From Escherichia phage HX01, in the sequence record NC_018855.1: a stretch of DNA of 64,000 bases; one strand, given 5' to 3'. The translations under genes were made by a program, and so were the position numbers. Of this stretch, positions 19,101 through 31,314 are shown one piece after another. The notes under the pieces were generated by a model. That model had not been told where the DNA came from. It did not search any database and was given only the letters and a program-made list of their open reading frames with translations. Every line of letters starts with the position of its first letter. Position 1 is the first letter of the stretch.

Positions 19101-20035
19101 ATATTTGAATCAGCACGGATAATACGAAGACGCGATTTCTGGTCGCCTTCCCATATACGCCATAAACTATTTGAAGCATCAAAAACAAAAAACGCGTCAG
19201 AGTCATTTCTGCCTTCGGCAATATGAGTCCCGACTTCACCAATAGACGTTGTATCATCAAATGTTTTAACAATTGTATGATACAGTGGGTTTAATTTATC
19301 TAAATCGACTAGGGTGATTATATCACCATTGTTAGCATTACGTGGAAGTGTAATGTTGATTGGTGCTGCACTAGTAAAACGACGAACGATAAAATCATTT
19401 GCTTGTGCTTGATATGGTGTCGCAGGTGTAACAGTGATTGATTCTTTACCGTAATCAATGATATACATCTGCCACAAACGATTACTAAACACAAACACTA
19501 GTTGTGAACGTGGGCGCGTCATTAAAACTGTACGAACTTGTTCACCTCTAAAGTTTAAAATACTCTGCACAGATGCGTTAATCTGTACTTTAACTGTCCC
19601 GGTTCTTCCACCAATATCAGCCAAAACAACAGTATCACCATCAACTGGTGCACTTGGCAACGTGAAAACCATATCATTGCCGGCACCAGTGTTAACCGAA
19701 ATCGATTCACCTGAAGAAAGTTGATAAGTCCCAGAAGCGACAGTTATCCATTGTGCATCAGTACGAACTGCACGCCATTGTAAAAGGTTAAATGCCCCGG
19801 AAGGAGACACGATATCATTTATTGCTTGATATAATCGGTTGTCATAAAGAACAACAAATCCTTTGTTATATCCACGCGTAGAATCATATACTTGAACGGT
19901 GTTTTCTTGTACCAGGAAGTCAACGTTTACGCCATCAGTACCTACTGTACGGTCGGCTAATGCTACGTTAACAATCTTGTCGCCACCGGCGTCCAGACCG
20001 TCTTCGGCTCTGAACTTACGTTTGATGTCGGCCAT
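16160..20035 (-). CDS. 34: long tail fibre proximal subunit gp34
   Basis: 1291 aa (T4 gp34 1289 aa); late promoter upstream; synteny. Confidence 0.9.
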   Translation of the reverse strand: MADIKRKFRAEDGLDAGGDKIVNVALADRTVGTDGVNVDFLVQENTVQVYDSTRGYNKGFVVLYDNRLYQAINDIVSPSGAFNLLQWRAVRTDAQWITVASGTYQLSSGESISVNTGAGNDMVFTLPSAPVDGDTVVLADIGGRTGTVKVQINASVQSILNFRGEQVRTVLMTRPRSQLVFVFSNRLWQMYIIDYGKESITVTPATPYQAQANDFIVRRFTSAAPINITLPRNANNGDIITLVDLDKLNPLYHTIVKTFDDTTSIGEVGTHIAEGRNDSDAFFVFDASNSLWRIWEGDQKSRLRIIRADSNIRPNEEVLIFGTNNATTGTINLTLPTGILSGDTVKISMNYMRKGQTVKIKAATGDTIASSVALLQFPKRSEYPPDAQWVSVTELEFNGTNSYVPVLELAYIEDTDSDTHYWVVQQNVPTVERVDAGTDATRARLGVIALATQAQANVDLENTPAKEVAITPETLANRTATEARRGIAKIATTAQVNQNSTASFVDDTIVTPKKLNERTATETRRGLAEIATQTETDAGLDDTTIITPKKLQARQGSETLSGIVKYVSTTSATPAETRGAAGTNVYNKTVNNLTISPKALDQYKATYAQQGAVILAIDSEVIAGQSQSGYSHAVVTPETLHKKTSTDGRIGLIEIATQAETNAGTDYTRAVTPKTLNDRRATEGLSGIAEIATQVEFDTGTDDTRISTPLKIKTHFDSSDRTSVNSDSGLIEEGTLWNHYTLDISKANETQRGTLRVATQAESNAGTLDDVLITPKKLLGTKSTETSEGVIKVATQSETVTGTSANTAVSPKNLKWIVQSEPTWAATTAIRGFVKTSSGSITFVGNDTVGSTQNLELYEKNSYAVSPYELNRVLANYLPLKAKAADANLLDGLDSSQFIRRDIAQTVNGSLTLTQQTNLSAPLVSSSTATFGGSVSANSTLTISNTGASTRLIFEKGPQTGNNPAQAMNIRVWGNQFAGGSDTSRATIFEVGDETSNHFYSQRDNLGNITFSINGTVRPINVNASGTLNANGAATFGRSVTAQGEFITYSANAFRAISGNYGFFIRNDAANTYFMLTASGDQTGGFNGLRPLAINNASGQVTIGESLIIAKGATINSGGLTVNSRIRSQGTKTADLYTRAPTSDTVGFWSIDINDSATYNQFPGYFKMVEKTNEVTGLPYLERGEEVKSPGTLTQFGNTLDSLYQDWITYPTTPEARTTRWTRTWQKTKNSWSSFVQVFDGGNPPQPSDIGALPSDNATIGNLTIRDFLRIGNVRIIPDPVNKTVKFEWIE

Positions 20036-20065
20036 TCGTTTTTCCTTTATTGTTTCAATAATACT

Positions 20066-20073
20066 TATTTATA
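20066..20073 (-). promoter_or_regulatory. late promoter (TATAAATA) for gene 34
   Basis: Reverse complement of TATTTATA at 20066..20073; about 30 nt upstream of gene 34 start. Confidence 0.65.
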
Positions 20074-20076
20074 CCA

Positions 20077-20110
20077 GTTTACGCTTTCAAATGAGTGTGT
20101 TACTATAGAC
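20077..20110 (+). promoter_or_regulatory. early promoter for rnh
   Basis: GTTTAC at 20077 and GTGTGTTACTATAGAC; divergent from gene 34 late promoter. Confidence 0.55.
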
Positions 20111-20138
20111 AAGTTGACTAACTGAACAAGAGGTTCAT

Positions 20139-21056
20139 ATGGATTTAGAAATGATGTTAGATGAAGATTACAAAGAAGGTATTGCACTTGCCGACTTTAG
20201 TAACATTGCATTGGCCGCCGCATTAAACAACTTTGAAGACGGCGATAAAATTACTGTTCCGATGGTTCGCCATGTAATCTTGAATTCAATTCGTAAAAAC
20301 GTGGTGATGTTCCGTAAGCAAGGCTATACAAAATTTGTATTGTGTATGGATAATGCTACTTCAGGTTATTGGCGTCGTGACTTTGCTTACTATTACAAGA
20401 AAAATCGTAAAACCGATCGTGAAGCTTCAAAGTGGGATTGGGAAGGATATTTTACTGCACTCCATCAAGTTGTTGATGAGATTAAGAAATACATGCCATA
20501 CGTTGTAATGGATATTGACAAGTATGAAGCGGATGACCATATCGGTGTATTAACTAAATATTTGTCATTAGCTGGACATAAGGTGTGTATTGTTGCATCA
20601 GATGGTGACTTTACACAATTACACAAATACCCTAACGTTAAACAGTGGTCGCCACCACAGAAAAAATGGGTTAAAATTAAGAACGGTTCTGCTGAAATTG
20701 ATTGCATGACTAAAATTCTTAAAGGTGACCGTAAAGATGGCGTTGCATCTGTTCGAGTTCGTGGTGACTTCTGGTTTACTCGAGTTGATGGTGAACGAAC
20801 TCCGAGCATGAAAACAACGATTATTGAAGCAATTGCCAATGACCGTTCTCAAGCCGAAGTATTATTAAGTGCAGAAGAATATAAACGGTATCAAGAAAAT
20901 TTGGTTCTCATTGATTTTGATTATATCCCTGATAATATTGCTTCAACCATTATAGAGTATTATAACTCATATAAACCACAACCTAAAGGCAAGATTTATT
21001 CATACTTTGTAAAATCTGGTCTTTCTAAATTAACAAGTGTAATTAATGAATTCTGA
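20139..21056 (+). CDS. rnh: RNase H / 5'-3' exonuclease (FEN family)
   Basis: 305 aa, same as T4 RNase H; divergent from gene 34. Confidence 0.9.
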   Translation: MDLEMMLDEDYKEGIALADFSNIALAAALNNFEDGDKITVPMVRHVILNSIRKNVVMFRKQGYTKFVLCMDNATSGYWRRDFAYYYKKNRKTDREASKWDWEGYFTALHQVVDEIKKYMPYVVMDIDKYEADDHIGVLTKYLSLAGHKVCIVASDGDFTQLHKYPNVKQWSPPQKKWVKIKNGSAEIDCMTKILKGDRKDGVASVRVRGDFWFTRVDGERTPSMKTTIIEAIANDRSQAEVLLSAEEYKRYQENLVLIDFDYIPDNIASTIIEYYNSYKPQPKGKIYSYFVKSGLSKLTSVINEF

Positions 21057-21063
21057 GGTAAAC

Positions 21064-21333
21064 ATGGCTAAGAAAGAAGCAGTTGAATTTAATCAAGATG
21101 TGCATGGTGAAGAACTGGCTAAACTAGTCAAAGAAGCTTCCGATAACAAACTTAAAATTTCTGGTTATAATGAACTGATTAAAGACATTCGTACTCGTGC
21201 TAAAGAAGAGCTTGGCGTCGATGGAAAAATGTTTAATCGTTTGTTAGCTCTTTATCATAAAGACGCACGTGACCAATTTGAAGCTGAAAACGAAGAGGTA
21301 GTCGAGCTTTATGACACAGTTTTCACTAAGTGA
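21064..21333 (+). CDS. dsbA: dsDNA-binding late transcription enhancer DsbA
   Basis: ATG at 21064 with GAGGT RBS gives 89 aa (T4 DsbA 89 aa); synteny rnh-dsbA-33. Confidence 0.65.
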   Translation: MAKKEAVEFNQDVHGEELAKLVKEASDNKLKISGYNELIKDIRTRAKEELGVDGKMFNRLLALYHKDARDQFEAENEEVVELYDTVFTK

Positions 21334-21649
21334 TATTAAACCGGTTGATGAGACCGGTTTATCTGAACAAGAATTAGCAGTAAAACACGATAAAGATGAT
21401 ATCGCTAAATTGCTTGACCGACAAGAAAATGGATTCATTATCGAATCCATGGTTGAACAATTTGGTATGTCTTATTTAGAAGCAACAACTGCTTTCTTGG
21501 AAGAAAATTCTATTCCAGAAACACAATTTGCTAAATTTATTCCTACAGGAATTGTTGAAAAAATTACAAGCGAAGCAATTGACGAAAATATGCTTCGCCC
21601 ATCAGTTGCTCGTGGTGAAAAAACTAATACGTTAGATTTCTTATTATGA
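21311..21649 (+). CDS. 33: late transcription co-activator gp33
   Basis: 112 aa, same as T4 gp33; synteny. Confidence 0.8.
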   Translation: MTQFSLSDIKPVDETGLSEQELAVKHDKDDIAKLLDRQENGFIIESMVEQFGMSYLEATTAFLEENSIPETQFAKFIPTGIVEKITSEAIDENMLRPSVARGEKTNTLDFLL

Positions 21650-22299
21650 TTAAAATACGCATGCCTCCTGATGGAGAACGTTATATTAACGGAAAATCGG
21701 TATACAAACTATACTTGATGTGCAAACAACATTTTAATGGTCGGTATGACGTAATCAAATATAACTGGTGCATGCGTGTTTCGGATAATGCGTATCAAAA
21801 ACGCCGAGATAAATATTTCTTTGAAAAACTAGCAGAGAAATATAAATTGAAGGAACTCACCTTGATATTCATAAGCAACTTAGTTGCTAACCAAGACGCA
21901 TGGATTGGTGAGATATCAGACGCTGATGCATTAGTTTTCTATAGGGAATATATTGGACGTCTCAAACAAGCCAAGGAGACGTTTGCTGAAGATGTACGTA
22001 ACATCTACTATTTCGGTAAGAAAGTTGAAGTTAGCGCGCTTCAAGAGATATTTGATTATAATAATAAAGTTCAGTCGAGCTACATATTTAAATTGCTACA
22101 AAGCAATATAATTTCATTTGAAACCTTCTTGTTGTTAGATTCATTTTTGAATATTATAGATAAGCACGACGAACTCACCGATAACTTAGTCTGGCAAAAT
22201 TATTCTACCAAATTAAAGGCATATCGAAAAATACTTCAAATCGATGGAAATGCTGCTAAGAAATTGTTCATAGAAACAATCAAATCATGTAAGTATTAA
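21646..22299 (+). CDS. 59: helicase loader gp59
   Basis: 217 aa, same as T4 gp59; directly downstream of gene 32 region. Confidence 0.85.
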   Translation: MIKIRMPPDGERYINGKSVYKLYLMCKQHFNGRYDVIKYNWCMRVSDNAYQKRRDKYFFEKLAEKYKLKELTLIFISNLVANQDAWIGEISDADALVFYREYIGRLKQAKETFAEDVRNIYYFGKKVEVSALQEIFDYNNKVQSSYIFKLLQSNIISFETFLLLDSFLNIIDKHDELTDNLVWQNYSTKLKAYRKILQIDGNAAKKLFIETIKSCKY

Positions 22300-22328
22300 G
22301 CTTTATTTCTTGTGTGTTAAAATTACTT

Positions 22329-22336
22329 TATAAATA
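22329..22336 (+). promoter_or_regulatory. late promoter (TATAAATA) upstream of gene 32 leader
   Basis: TATAAATA about 85 nt upstream of gene 32 ATG, ahead of the operator region. Confidence 0.5.
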
Positions 22337-22346
22337 AATCATACCA

Positions 22347-22421
22347 GCTACGAGGTATAAGTGTCGTAGCAACCAACTGTAAGTAAATAAATTAAATAAT
22401 CTAAATAAAAGGTAATAATCC
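22347..22421 (+). promoter_or_regulatory. gene 32 autogenous translational operator (hairpin plus unstructured A/U-rich tract)
   Basis: Hairpin GCTACGA..8 nt..TCGTAGC followed by AACCAACTGTAAGTAAATAAATTAAATAATCTAAATAAAAGGTAATAATCC up to the ATG. Confidence 0.7.
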
Positions 22422-23324
22422 ATGTTTAAACGTAAATCTACTGCTGACCTCGCTGCTCAAATGGCTAAACTGAATGGTAACAAAGGTTTCTCTTCAGAAG
22501 ATAAAGGCGAATGGAAGCTGAAGCTAGATGCATCCGGTAATGGTCAAGCGGTAATTCGTTTCTTGCCAGCAAAAACTGATGATGCACTACCATTTGCAAT
22601 TCTTGTTAACCACGGTTTCAAGAAAAATGGTAAATGGTATATTGAAAATTGCTCTTCTACACATGGTGATTACGACTCTTGTCCTGTATGTCAGTACATT
22701 AGTAAAAATGACCTGTACAATACCAACAAAGCTGAATATTCTCAACTGAAACGTAAAACTTCTTATTGGGCTAATATTCTGGTTGTTAAAGACCCTCAAG
22801 CTCCAGATAACGAAGGTAAAGTATTTAAATATCGTTTCGGTAAAAAGATTTGGGACAAAATCAATGCAATGATTGCAGTTGATACCGAAATGGGTGAAAC
22901 TCCAGTTGATGTTACTTGTCCGTTTGAAGGTGCTAACTTCGTTCTGAAAGCTAAGCAGGTTTCTGGTTTTAGCAACTATGACGAATCTAAATTCTTGGGT
23001 CAATCTGAAATTCCTCGTATTAATGATGAAGCATTCCAGAAAGAACTATATGACCAGATGGTAGACCTTACCACTTTGACGGCTAAAGACCAGTTCAAAT
23101 CCTTTGAAAAATTAAATGAATCTTTCGCTAAGGTTCTTGGTACTGCCGCTCTTGGTGGTGCAGCAGCCGCAGCAGCTTCTGTTGCAGATAAAGTTGCTTC
23201 TGACCTTGACGATTTTGATAAAGACATGGAAGCCTTTAGTTCTGCAAAAACTGAAGATGACTTCATGAGCTCTACCTCATCCTCTGATGATGGTGACCTC
23301 GATGACCTGTTAGCCGGTCTATAA
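22422..23324 (+). CDS. 32: single-stranded DNA-binding protein gp32
   Basis: 300 aa; Zn-binding H..C..C..C segment ([16 protein letters not shown]); acidic C-terminal tail; classic A/U-rich operator upstream. Confidence 0.95.
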   Translation: MFKRKSTADLAAQMAKLNGNKGFSSEDKGEWKLKLDASGNGQAVIRFLPAKTDDALPFAILVNHGFKKNGKWYIENCSSTHGDYDSCPVCQYISKNDLYNTNKAEYSQLKRKTSYWANILVVKDPQAPDNEGKVFKYRFGKKIWDKINAMIAVDTEMGETPVDVTCPFEGANFVLKAKQVSGFSNYDESKFLGQSEIPRINDEAFQKELYDQMVDLTTLTAKDQFKSFEKLNESFAKVLGTAALGGAAAAAASVADKVASDLDDFDKDMEAFSSAKTEDDFMSSTSSSDDGDLDDLLAGL

Positions 23325-23330
23325 TAAATC

Positions 23331-23352
23331 GGGAGACTTCGGTCTCCCTTTT
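23331..23352 (+). terminator. rho-independent terminator after gene 32
   Basis: GGGAGAC-TTCG-GTCTCCC followed by TTTTG. Confidence 0.8.
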
Positions 23353-23379
23353 GAGTATCTGTAAATTGCCGAAAAAGTT

Positions 23380-23412
23380 GTTTACTTCTTCCCTGGATGT
23401 GTTAGTATAGAC
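23380..23412 (+). promoter_or_regulatory. early promoter
   Basis: GTTTAC at 23380 and GATGTGTTAGTATAGACC; precedes ORF 23438. Confidence 0.55.
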
Positions 23413-23437
23413 CTATCAACAACATGAGGAAATCAAA

Positions 23438-23842
23438 ATGGAAATCGGAAAATCTTATATCATTAACCCTTTATTTAAAGATGACTTTGTTCAAGAAGCA
23501 CCACACAATAACGCTAAGATGTTAAAATTGATTGAACTCCACGGGCCTAGTTTTGTTGTAAACGGAATGGAACCTGATTATGATAGCGATACGTCAAACG
23601 TAGTAAGTGTAACTATGGAAGATGGTACTGTATGTTCTGCCGGTGGTGAAATTGAAACTTATTTTGAGATTTATCCTGACGAGTTCAAATACTTTATTGA
23701 GTACTTTACTGAGGTAACTTTAGAAAAGCCTCAACCTACTAACGAAGGTATAACTTTAGGTGTAACAAAAATCCATTGTATCGTAGATGAAACCAACGTC
23801 GACGAAATCATCAAACTTTTGCAAAAAACTTTTAAAAAGTAG
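23438..23842 (+). CDS. hypothetical early protein (134 aa)
   Basis: ORF with GAGGAAA RBS after early promoter. Confidence 0.55.
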   Translation: MEIGKSYIINPLFKDDFVQEAPHNNAKMLKLIELHGPSFVVNGMEPDYDSDTSNVVSVTMEDGTVCSAGGEIETYFEIYPDEFKYFIEYFTEVTLEKPQPTNEGITLGVTKIHCIVDETNVDEIIKLLQKTFKK

Positions 23843-23880
23843 TGTACAATCAGATAGGGTTATGTTATAGTAGCCCTATC
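23843..23880 (+). promoter_or_regulatory. early promoter embedded in stem-loop (arms ATAGGG/CCCTAT)
   Basis: GTGTAC -35-like; core TTATGTTATAGTAG flanked by perfect 6-bp inverted repeat. Confidence 0.6.
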
Positions 23881-23906
23881 AAATCAAAAGTGAAGCGGAG
23901 AATAAA

Positions 23907-24155
23907 ATGAGATTGCAACGCCAGAGCATCAAAGATTCGGAAGTTAGAGGTAAATGGTACTTCAACATCGTCGGTAAAGACGCTGAACTCCTTGAACAAG
24001 CTGAAGAAGCTTTACGAGAAATGGGTTGGAACGAAGAATGTGATGGATGTCCACTCTACGAAGATGGTGAAAGTGCAGGATTCTGGATTTATCATTCTGA
24101 CGTCGATCAGTTTAAAGCTGATTGGAAAGTTGTTAAGAAAAATCTGAGGAAATAA
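23907..24155 (+). CDS. hypothetical early protein (82 aa)
   Basis: ORF with GGAGAATAAA RBS after early promoter with inverted-repeat arms. Confidence 0.55.
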   Translation: MRLQRQSIKDSEVRGKWYFNIVGKDAELLEQAEEALREMGWNEECDGCPLYEDGESAGFWIYHSDVDQFKADWKVVKKNLRK

Positions 24156-24157
24156 TT

Positions 24158-25843
<1,686 letters not shown>

Positions 25844-25844
25844 A

Positions 25845-26099
25845 ATGATTTTACGTTTTATTAATTCATATGGCACCACAATTTTTGAAATGAAAAATCC
25901 TACAGAACTAGATATCCCTTCGCCAAATAGTGAAATCACAGTTAAAGGTGAACGATTCATTTGCTATTCACATGAACGAATTTATGAATATCGTGAATTT
26001 TGTGGTGGTTACGGTATGGAAAAAGAACCATTGGTTTATTTCGATATCACAGTTTTGACTCCTAAAGAATACAAAGAAATTATTGCTAAGAATAATTAA
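25845..26099 (+). CDS. hypothetical protein (84 aa)
   Basis: ORF starting 2 nt after td stop. Confidence 0.5.
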   Translation: MILRFINSYGTTIFEMKNPTELDIPSPNSEITVKGERFICYSHERIYEYREFCGGYGMEKEPLVYFDITVLTPKEYKEIIAKNN

Positions 26100-26101
26100 C
26101 G

Positions 26102-26124
26102 CTTCAGTTTAAAAGTGTATAATA
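26102..26124 (+). promoter_or_regulatory. possible middle promoter for nrdA
   Basis: GCTTCA at 26102, 11-nt spacer, TATAAT at 26119..26124; followed by leader hairpin. Confidence 0.35.
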
Positions 26125-26186
26125 AATTAACGGGATAAATACTATCCCGTTTGGAGTAATGTCTATCAACCTATACTGAGGAATAT

Positions 26187-28442
26187 ATGCAAGTAACTAA
26201 GAGCAGTGGTGTATCCCAAAATTTTGATGCACAGAAAATTATTCAAGTATTAACTTGGCAATGTGAAGGAACACAAATCGACCCATATGAATTGTACGAA
26301 GAAATTAAGACCCATCTTGTCGATGGGATGAGCACCAAAGATATTCAGAAGATTTGTATTAAAGTTGCAGCTAACTCGATTTCTGTCGAAGAACCCGATT
26401 ATCAATATGTTGCCGCTAAAGGATTAATGTTTGCACTTCGTAAAGATGTATATGGACAGTTTGAACCTCCTGCTTTTATCGACCATATTTCTTACTGTGT
26501 TAATGAAGGCAAATACGATCCCGAGTTGTTGTCTAGATATTCTGCAGAAGAAATCATTTATCTTGATTCTCAGATTAAACACGAGCGAGATTTCGACCTG
26601 ACTTATGCTGGTGCTATGCAGCTTAAAGAAAAATACCTGGTTAAAGATAAAACAACTGGTAAGATTTATGAAACTCCCCAGTTTGCTATCATGGCTATTG
26701 GTATGGCCTTACATCAAGACGAAACTCATGACCGTTTGAAACATATTATTCGTTTTTATGATGCCGTTTCTACTCATCAAGTTTCATTGCCTACTCCAAT
26801 TATGGCAGGTGCTCGTACTCCAACTCGCCAGTTCTCTAGTTGTGTAGTTATTGAAGCCGGTGATTCGTTAAAATCTATTAACAAAACTTCAGCATCAATT
26901 ATTGAATATATTTCTAAACGAGCTGGTATAGGTATCAACGTTGGTATGCTTCGTGCAGAAGGTTCTAAGATCGGTATGGGTGAAGTTCGACATACGGGTG
27001 TTATTCCATTCTGGAAACATTTCCAAACTGCAGTAAAATCTTGTTCTCAAGGTGGTATTCGTGGTGGTGCTGCTACAGCGTATTATCCGATGTGGCACTT
27101 AGAAGTAGAGAACCTATTAGTTCTGAAAAATAACAAAGGCGTGGATGAAAACCGTATTCGACATATGGACTACGGAATTCAAATTAATGACCTTATGATG
27201 GAACGCCTTGGTAAAAATGATTATATTACTTTATTTAGCCCTCACGAAATGTCAGGCGAACTATACTACTCGTTCTTTGAAGATCAAGATAAATTCCGTG
27301 AGCTTTATGAGAAAGCTGAAAAAGACCCGACAATCAGAAAGAAAAGAATTAAAGCACTAGAACTCTTTGAATTGTTCATGACTGAACGTTCTGGTACTGC
27401 TCGAATTTATCCACAGTTTGTTGATAACACGAATAACTACACTCCATTTATTCGTGAAAAAGCTCCAATTCGTCAGAGTAACTTATGTTGTGAAATCGCT
27501 ATTCCAACTAATGATGTGAATGGCCCTGATGCTGAAATTGGTTTATGCACATTATCTGCTTTTGTATTAGATAAATTTGATTGGCAAGACCAGGATAAAA
27601 TTAATGAACTTGCTGAAGTGCAAGTACGTGCACTTGATAACCTGTTAGACTATCAAGATTATCCGGTTCCAGAAGCTTTAAAAGCTAAAAAGCGTCGTAA
27701 TCTTGGTGTTGGTGTTACGAACTATGCCGCGTGGTTAGCTTCTAACTTTGCTTCATATGAAGACGCTAACGATTTGACTCATGAATTGTTTGAGAGATTG
27801 CAATATGGCCTTATCAAAGCTTCAATCAAACTCGCCAAAGAAAAAGGATGTTGCGAGTATTATTCAGACACTAAATGGTCTAGAGGCGAATTACCTATCG
27901 ACTGGTACAATAAAAAGATTGACCAAATCGCAGCCCCGAACTACGTCTGTGACTGGGAAGAACTTCGAGCTGAACTCAAAGAACATGGAATTCGTAACTC
28001 AACGTTGTCTGCACTCATGCCTTGTGAGTCAAGCAGTCAAGTATCAAACTCTACAAACGGGATTGAGCCCCCGCGCGGTCCAGTAAGTATTAAAGAATCT
28101 AAAGAAGGCAACTTCCGTCAGGTTGTTCCTAATATAGAACATAACATGAGTCTTTACGACTACGCGTGGAAACTTGCTAAGAAAGGTAATAAACCTTATT
28201 TGACCCAAGTTGCTATCATGTTGAAATGGGTGTGCCAATCTGCTTCTGCTAATACTTACTATGACCCTGCAGTATTTGAGAAAGGTAAAGTGCCAATGTC
28301 AGTAATGCTTGACGATCTGCTTTACTTCTGGTACTTTGGCGGAAAAAATCTCTACTATCATAACACTCGTGATGGGTCAGGTACAGATGACTATGAATTA
28401 GAAACACCTAAAGCTGAAGATTGTTCTGCTTGTAAGCTTTAA
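26187..28442 (+). CDS. nrdA: ribonucleotide reductase class Ia large subunit
   Basis: 751 aa; catalytic segment SNLCCEIAIP; C-terminal Cys pair; synteny with nrdB. Confidence 0.95.
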   Translation: MQVTKSSGVSQNFDAQKIIQVLTWQCEGTQIDPYELYEEIKTHLVDGMSTKDIQKICIKVAANSISVEEPDYQYVAAKGLMFALRKDVYGQFEPPAFIDHISYCVNEGKYDPELLSRYSAEEIIYLDSQIKHERDFDLTYAGAMQLKEKYLVKDKTTGKIYETPQFAIMAIGMALHQDETHDRLKHIIRFYDAVSTHQVSLPTPIMAGARTPTRQFSSCVVIEAGDSLKSINKTSASIIEYISKRAGIGINVGMLRAEGSKIGMGEVRHTGVIPFWKHFQTAVKSCSQGGIRGGAATAYYPMWHLEVENLLVLKNNKGVDENRIRHMDYGIQINDLMMERLGKNDYITLFSPHEMSGELYYSFFEDQDKFRELYEKAEKDPTIRKKRIKALELFELFMTERSGTARIYPQFVDNTNNYTPFIREKAPIRQSNLCCEIAIPTNDVNGPDAEIGLCTLSAFVLDKFDWQDQDKINELAEVQVRALDNLLDYQDYPVPEALKAKKRRNLGVGVTNYAAWLASNFASYEDANDLTHELFERLQYGLIKASIKLAKEKGCCEYYSDTKWSRGELPIDWYNKKIDQIAAPNYVCDWEELRAELKEHGIRNSTLSALMPCESSSQVSNSTNGIEPPRGPVSIKESKEGNFRQVVPNIEHNMSLYDYAWKLAKKGNKPYLTQVAIMLKWVCQSASANTYYDPAVFEKGKVPMSVMLDDLLYFWYFGGKNLYYHNTRDGSGTDDYELETPKAEDCSACKL

Positions 28443-28495
28443 GACTTTTGATTATAATTTACTCATGGATGAGTTAAACTAAGTGAGAAAATATA

Positions 28496-29635
28496 ATGAG
28501 TACAGTTTTTAACACACAACAAGTCGATGTTTTGAATGAACCGATGTTCTTTGGTTCCGGTCTTGGCCTCGCACGTTACGATATTCAGCGTCATAAAGTT
28601 TTTGAAGAACTTATAGAAAAATCCTTGTCATTTTTCTGGCGTCCTGAAGAGGTAAACTTGATGTTGGACTCTGCGCAGTTCAATAAGCTTCCTCAGTTCC
28701 AACAGGACATCTTTACAAACAATCTTAAGTATCAATCATTATTAGATTCTATCCAAGGCAGGGCCCCATCTGCGGTACTTATGGCACTGATTTCCGACCC
28801 TTCATTAGATACATGGGTTGCAACATGGACATTCAGTGAAACTATTCACTCTCGTTCGTATACTCATATTATGCGAAATCTTTATACAGACCCATCTAAG
28901 GTATTTGATGAAATTGTATTAGACGAAGCAATCATGAAACGAGCTGAATCAATAGGTAAATATTACGATGATGTTCTAGTCAAGACTCGCCTTTACCGGA
29001 ATGCTTTAGAAGAATATCACGAGTTTAGCGAAGGCGTAAAACAGGCTAAATATGAACTAATGCGTTCTCTTTACCTCTGTCTGCACGTAATCAACGCACT
29101 GGAAGCTATTCGTTTTTACGTATCATTTGCATGTACTTTCAACTTCCATAAAAATATGGAAATTATGGAAGGTAATGCAAAGATTATGAAGTTCATTGCT
29201 CGTGACGAACAACTCCATCTCAAGGGTACTCAGTACATTATCCGTCAACTTCAATCTGGTACTGATGGTGATGAGTGGGTTCAAATTGCTAAAGAATGTG
29301 AACAAGAAGCAGTTGACATTTTTATGGAAGTAAATAGACAAGAGAAGGAATGGGCTGCACACCTCTTTAAAGACGGTACATGTCCAGGTATCAATACGCA
29401 GAGTATGTGTGCTTTTGTTGATTACTTGACTGTGTCTCGTATGAAACAGTGTGGTTTACCATGCCCAATCACTGATGCTCCGTCCAAGCATCCATATCCT
29501 TGGATTCGTGAATATCTGAACTCTGATTTAGTTCAAGCAGCTCCTCAGGAAGTTGAAATCAGTTCTTATCTTGTCGCACAAATTGATAATGATGTAGACC
29601 AAAATGTAATCAATTCATACAAAAAATATTTCTAA
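28496..29635 (+). CDS. nrdB: ribonucleotide reductase class Ia small subunit (uninterrupted)
   Basis: 379 aa; di-iron ligand motifs (FSETIHSRSYTHI); continuous reading frame, no intron. Confidence 0.95.
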   Translation: MSTVFNTQQVDVLNEPMFFGSGLGLARYDIQRHKVFEELIEKSLSFFWRPEEVNLMLDSAQFNKLPQFQQDIFTNNLKYQSLLDSIQGRAPSAVLMALISDPSLDTWVATWTFSETIHSRSYTHIMRNLYTDPSKVFDEIVLDEAIMKRAESIGKYYDDVLVKTRLYRNALEEYHEFSEGVKQAKYELMRSLYLCLHVINALEAIRFYVSFACTFNFHKNMEIMEGNAKIMKFIARDEQLHLKGTQYIIRQLQSGTDGDEWVQIAKECEQEAVDIFMEVNRQEKEWAAHLFKDGTCPGINTQSMCAFVDYLTVSRMKQCGLPCPITDAPSKHPYPWIREYLNSDLVQAAPQEVEISSYLVAQIDNDVDQNVINSYKKYF

Positions 29636-29639
29636 GGAC

Positions 29640-29660
29640 GGGACTTCGGTCCCACTTTAT
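29640..29660 (+). terminator. hairpin terminator after nrdB
   Basis: GGGAC-TTCG-GTCCC followed by ACTTTATTAT (weak U tract). Confidence 0.5.
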
Positions 29661-29661
29661 T

Positions 29662-30072
29662 ATGAAAGATATCGCCGCCGAATATTCCTTTATTAAATAT
29701 ACAGAATTGGAGCTATTAGAAGATGCAACAATTAAAACAGTTGATGTCCCTAATAAGAAAAATGTCATATATGCTATTGCTATAGATGACGAACTTGTGT
29801 ATATTGGTAAAACCAAGAATTTAAAGAAACGCATTAACTATTATCGAACAGCCATAAATCGAAAAGACCAGACTTCAGATTCAAGAAAATCACTTATGAT
29901 TTTGGATGCCTTAATGCAAGGCAAAAAGGTTGAATTCTGGGCCCGCCAATGTTTTGACCTTTCAGTCACCAACGAACTTGGTTCAATGACCATCGCAACA
30001 ATGGACCTTGAAGAACCGCTTTTTATCAAAAAGTTCAACCCGCCTTGGAATATCCAACATAAGAAAAAGTAG
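29662..30072 (+). CDS. denA: endonuclease II (GIY-YIG family)
   Basis: 136 aa (T4 EndoII 136 aa); GIY-YIG-like segment VYIGKTKNLKKRINYYR; between nrdB and rnlA. Confidence 0.8.
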   Translation: MKDIAAEYSFIKYTELELLEDATIKTVDVPNKKNVIYAIAIDDELVYIGKTKNLKKRINYYRTAINRKDQTSDSRKSLMILDALMQGKKVEFWARQCFDLSVTNELGSMTIATMDLEEPLFIKKFNPPWNIQHKKK

Positions 30073-30100
30073 TTTACACACCACAAGGATTGTGGTACAA
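30073..30100 (+). promoter_or_regulatory. early promoter for rnlA with hairpin in spacer (CCACAA gga TTGTGG)
   Basis: GTTTAC at 30073, inverted repeat in spacer, -10 TACAAT. Confidence 0.5.
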
Positions 30101-30118
30101 TTTAAAAAAACTAACTGA

Positions 30119-31252
<1,134 letters not shown>

Positions 31253-31314
31253 TGGTTTACAAACACCAAGGAAGGTGTTACTATGGCTTTTATCAACATC
31301 ACGAGGAGAAAATT

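Noticed and set aside
28453-28473. Palindrome ACTCATggATGAGT in the nrdB leader as an operator
   Set aside because: Short 6-bp arms with no second copy in the window; could be chance
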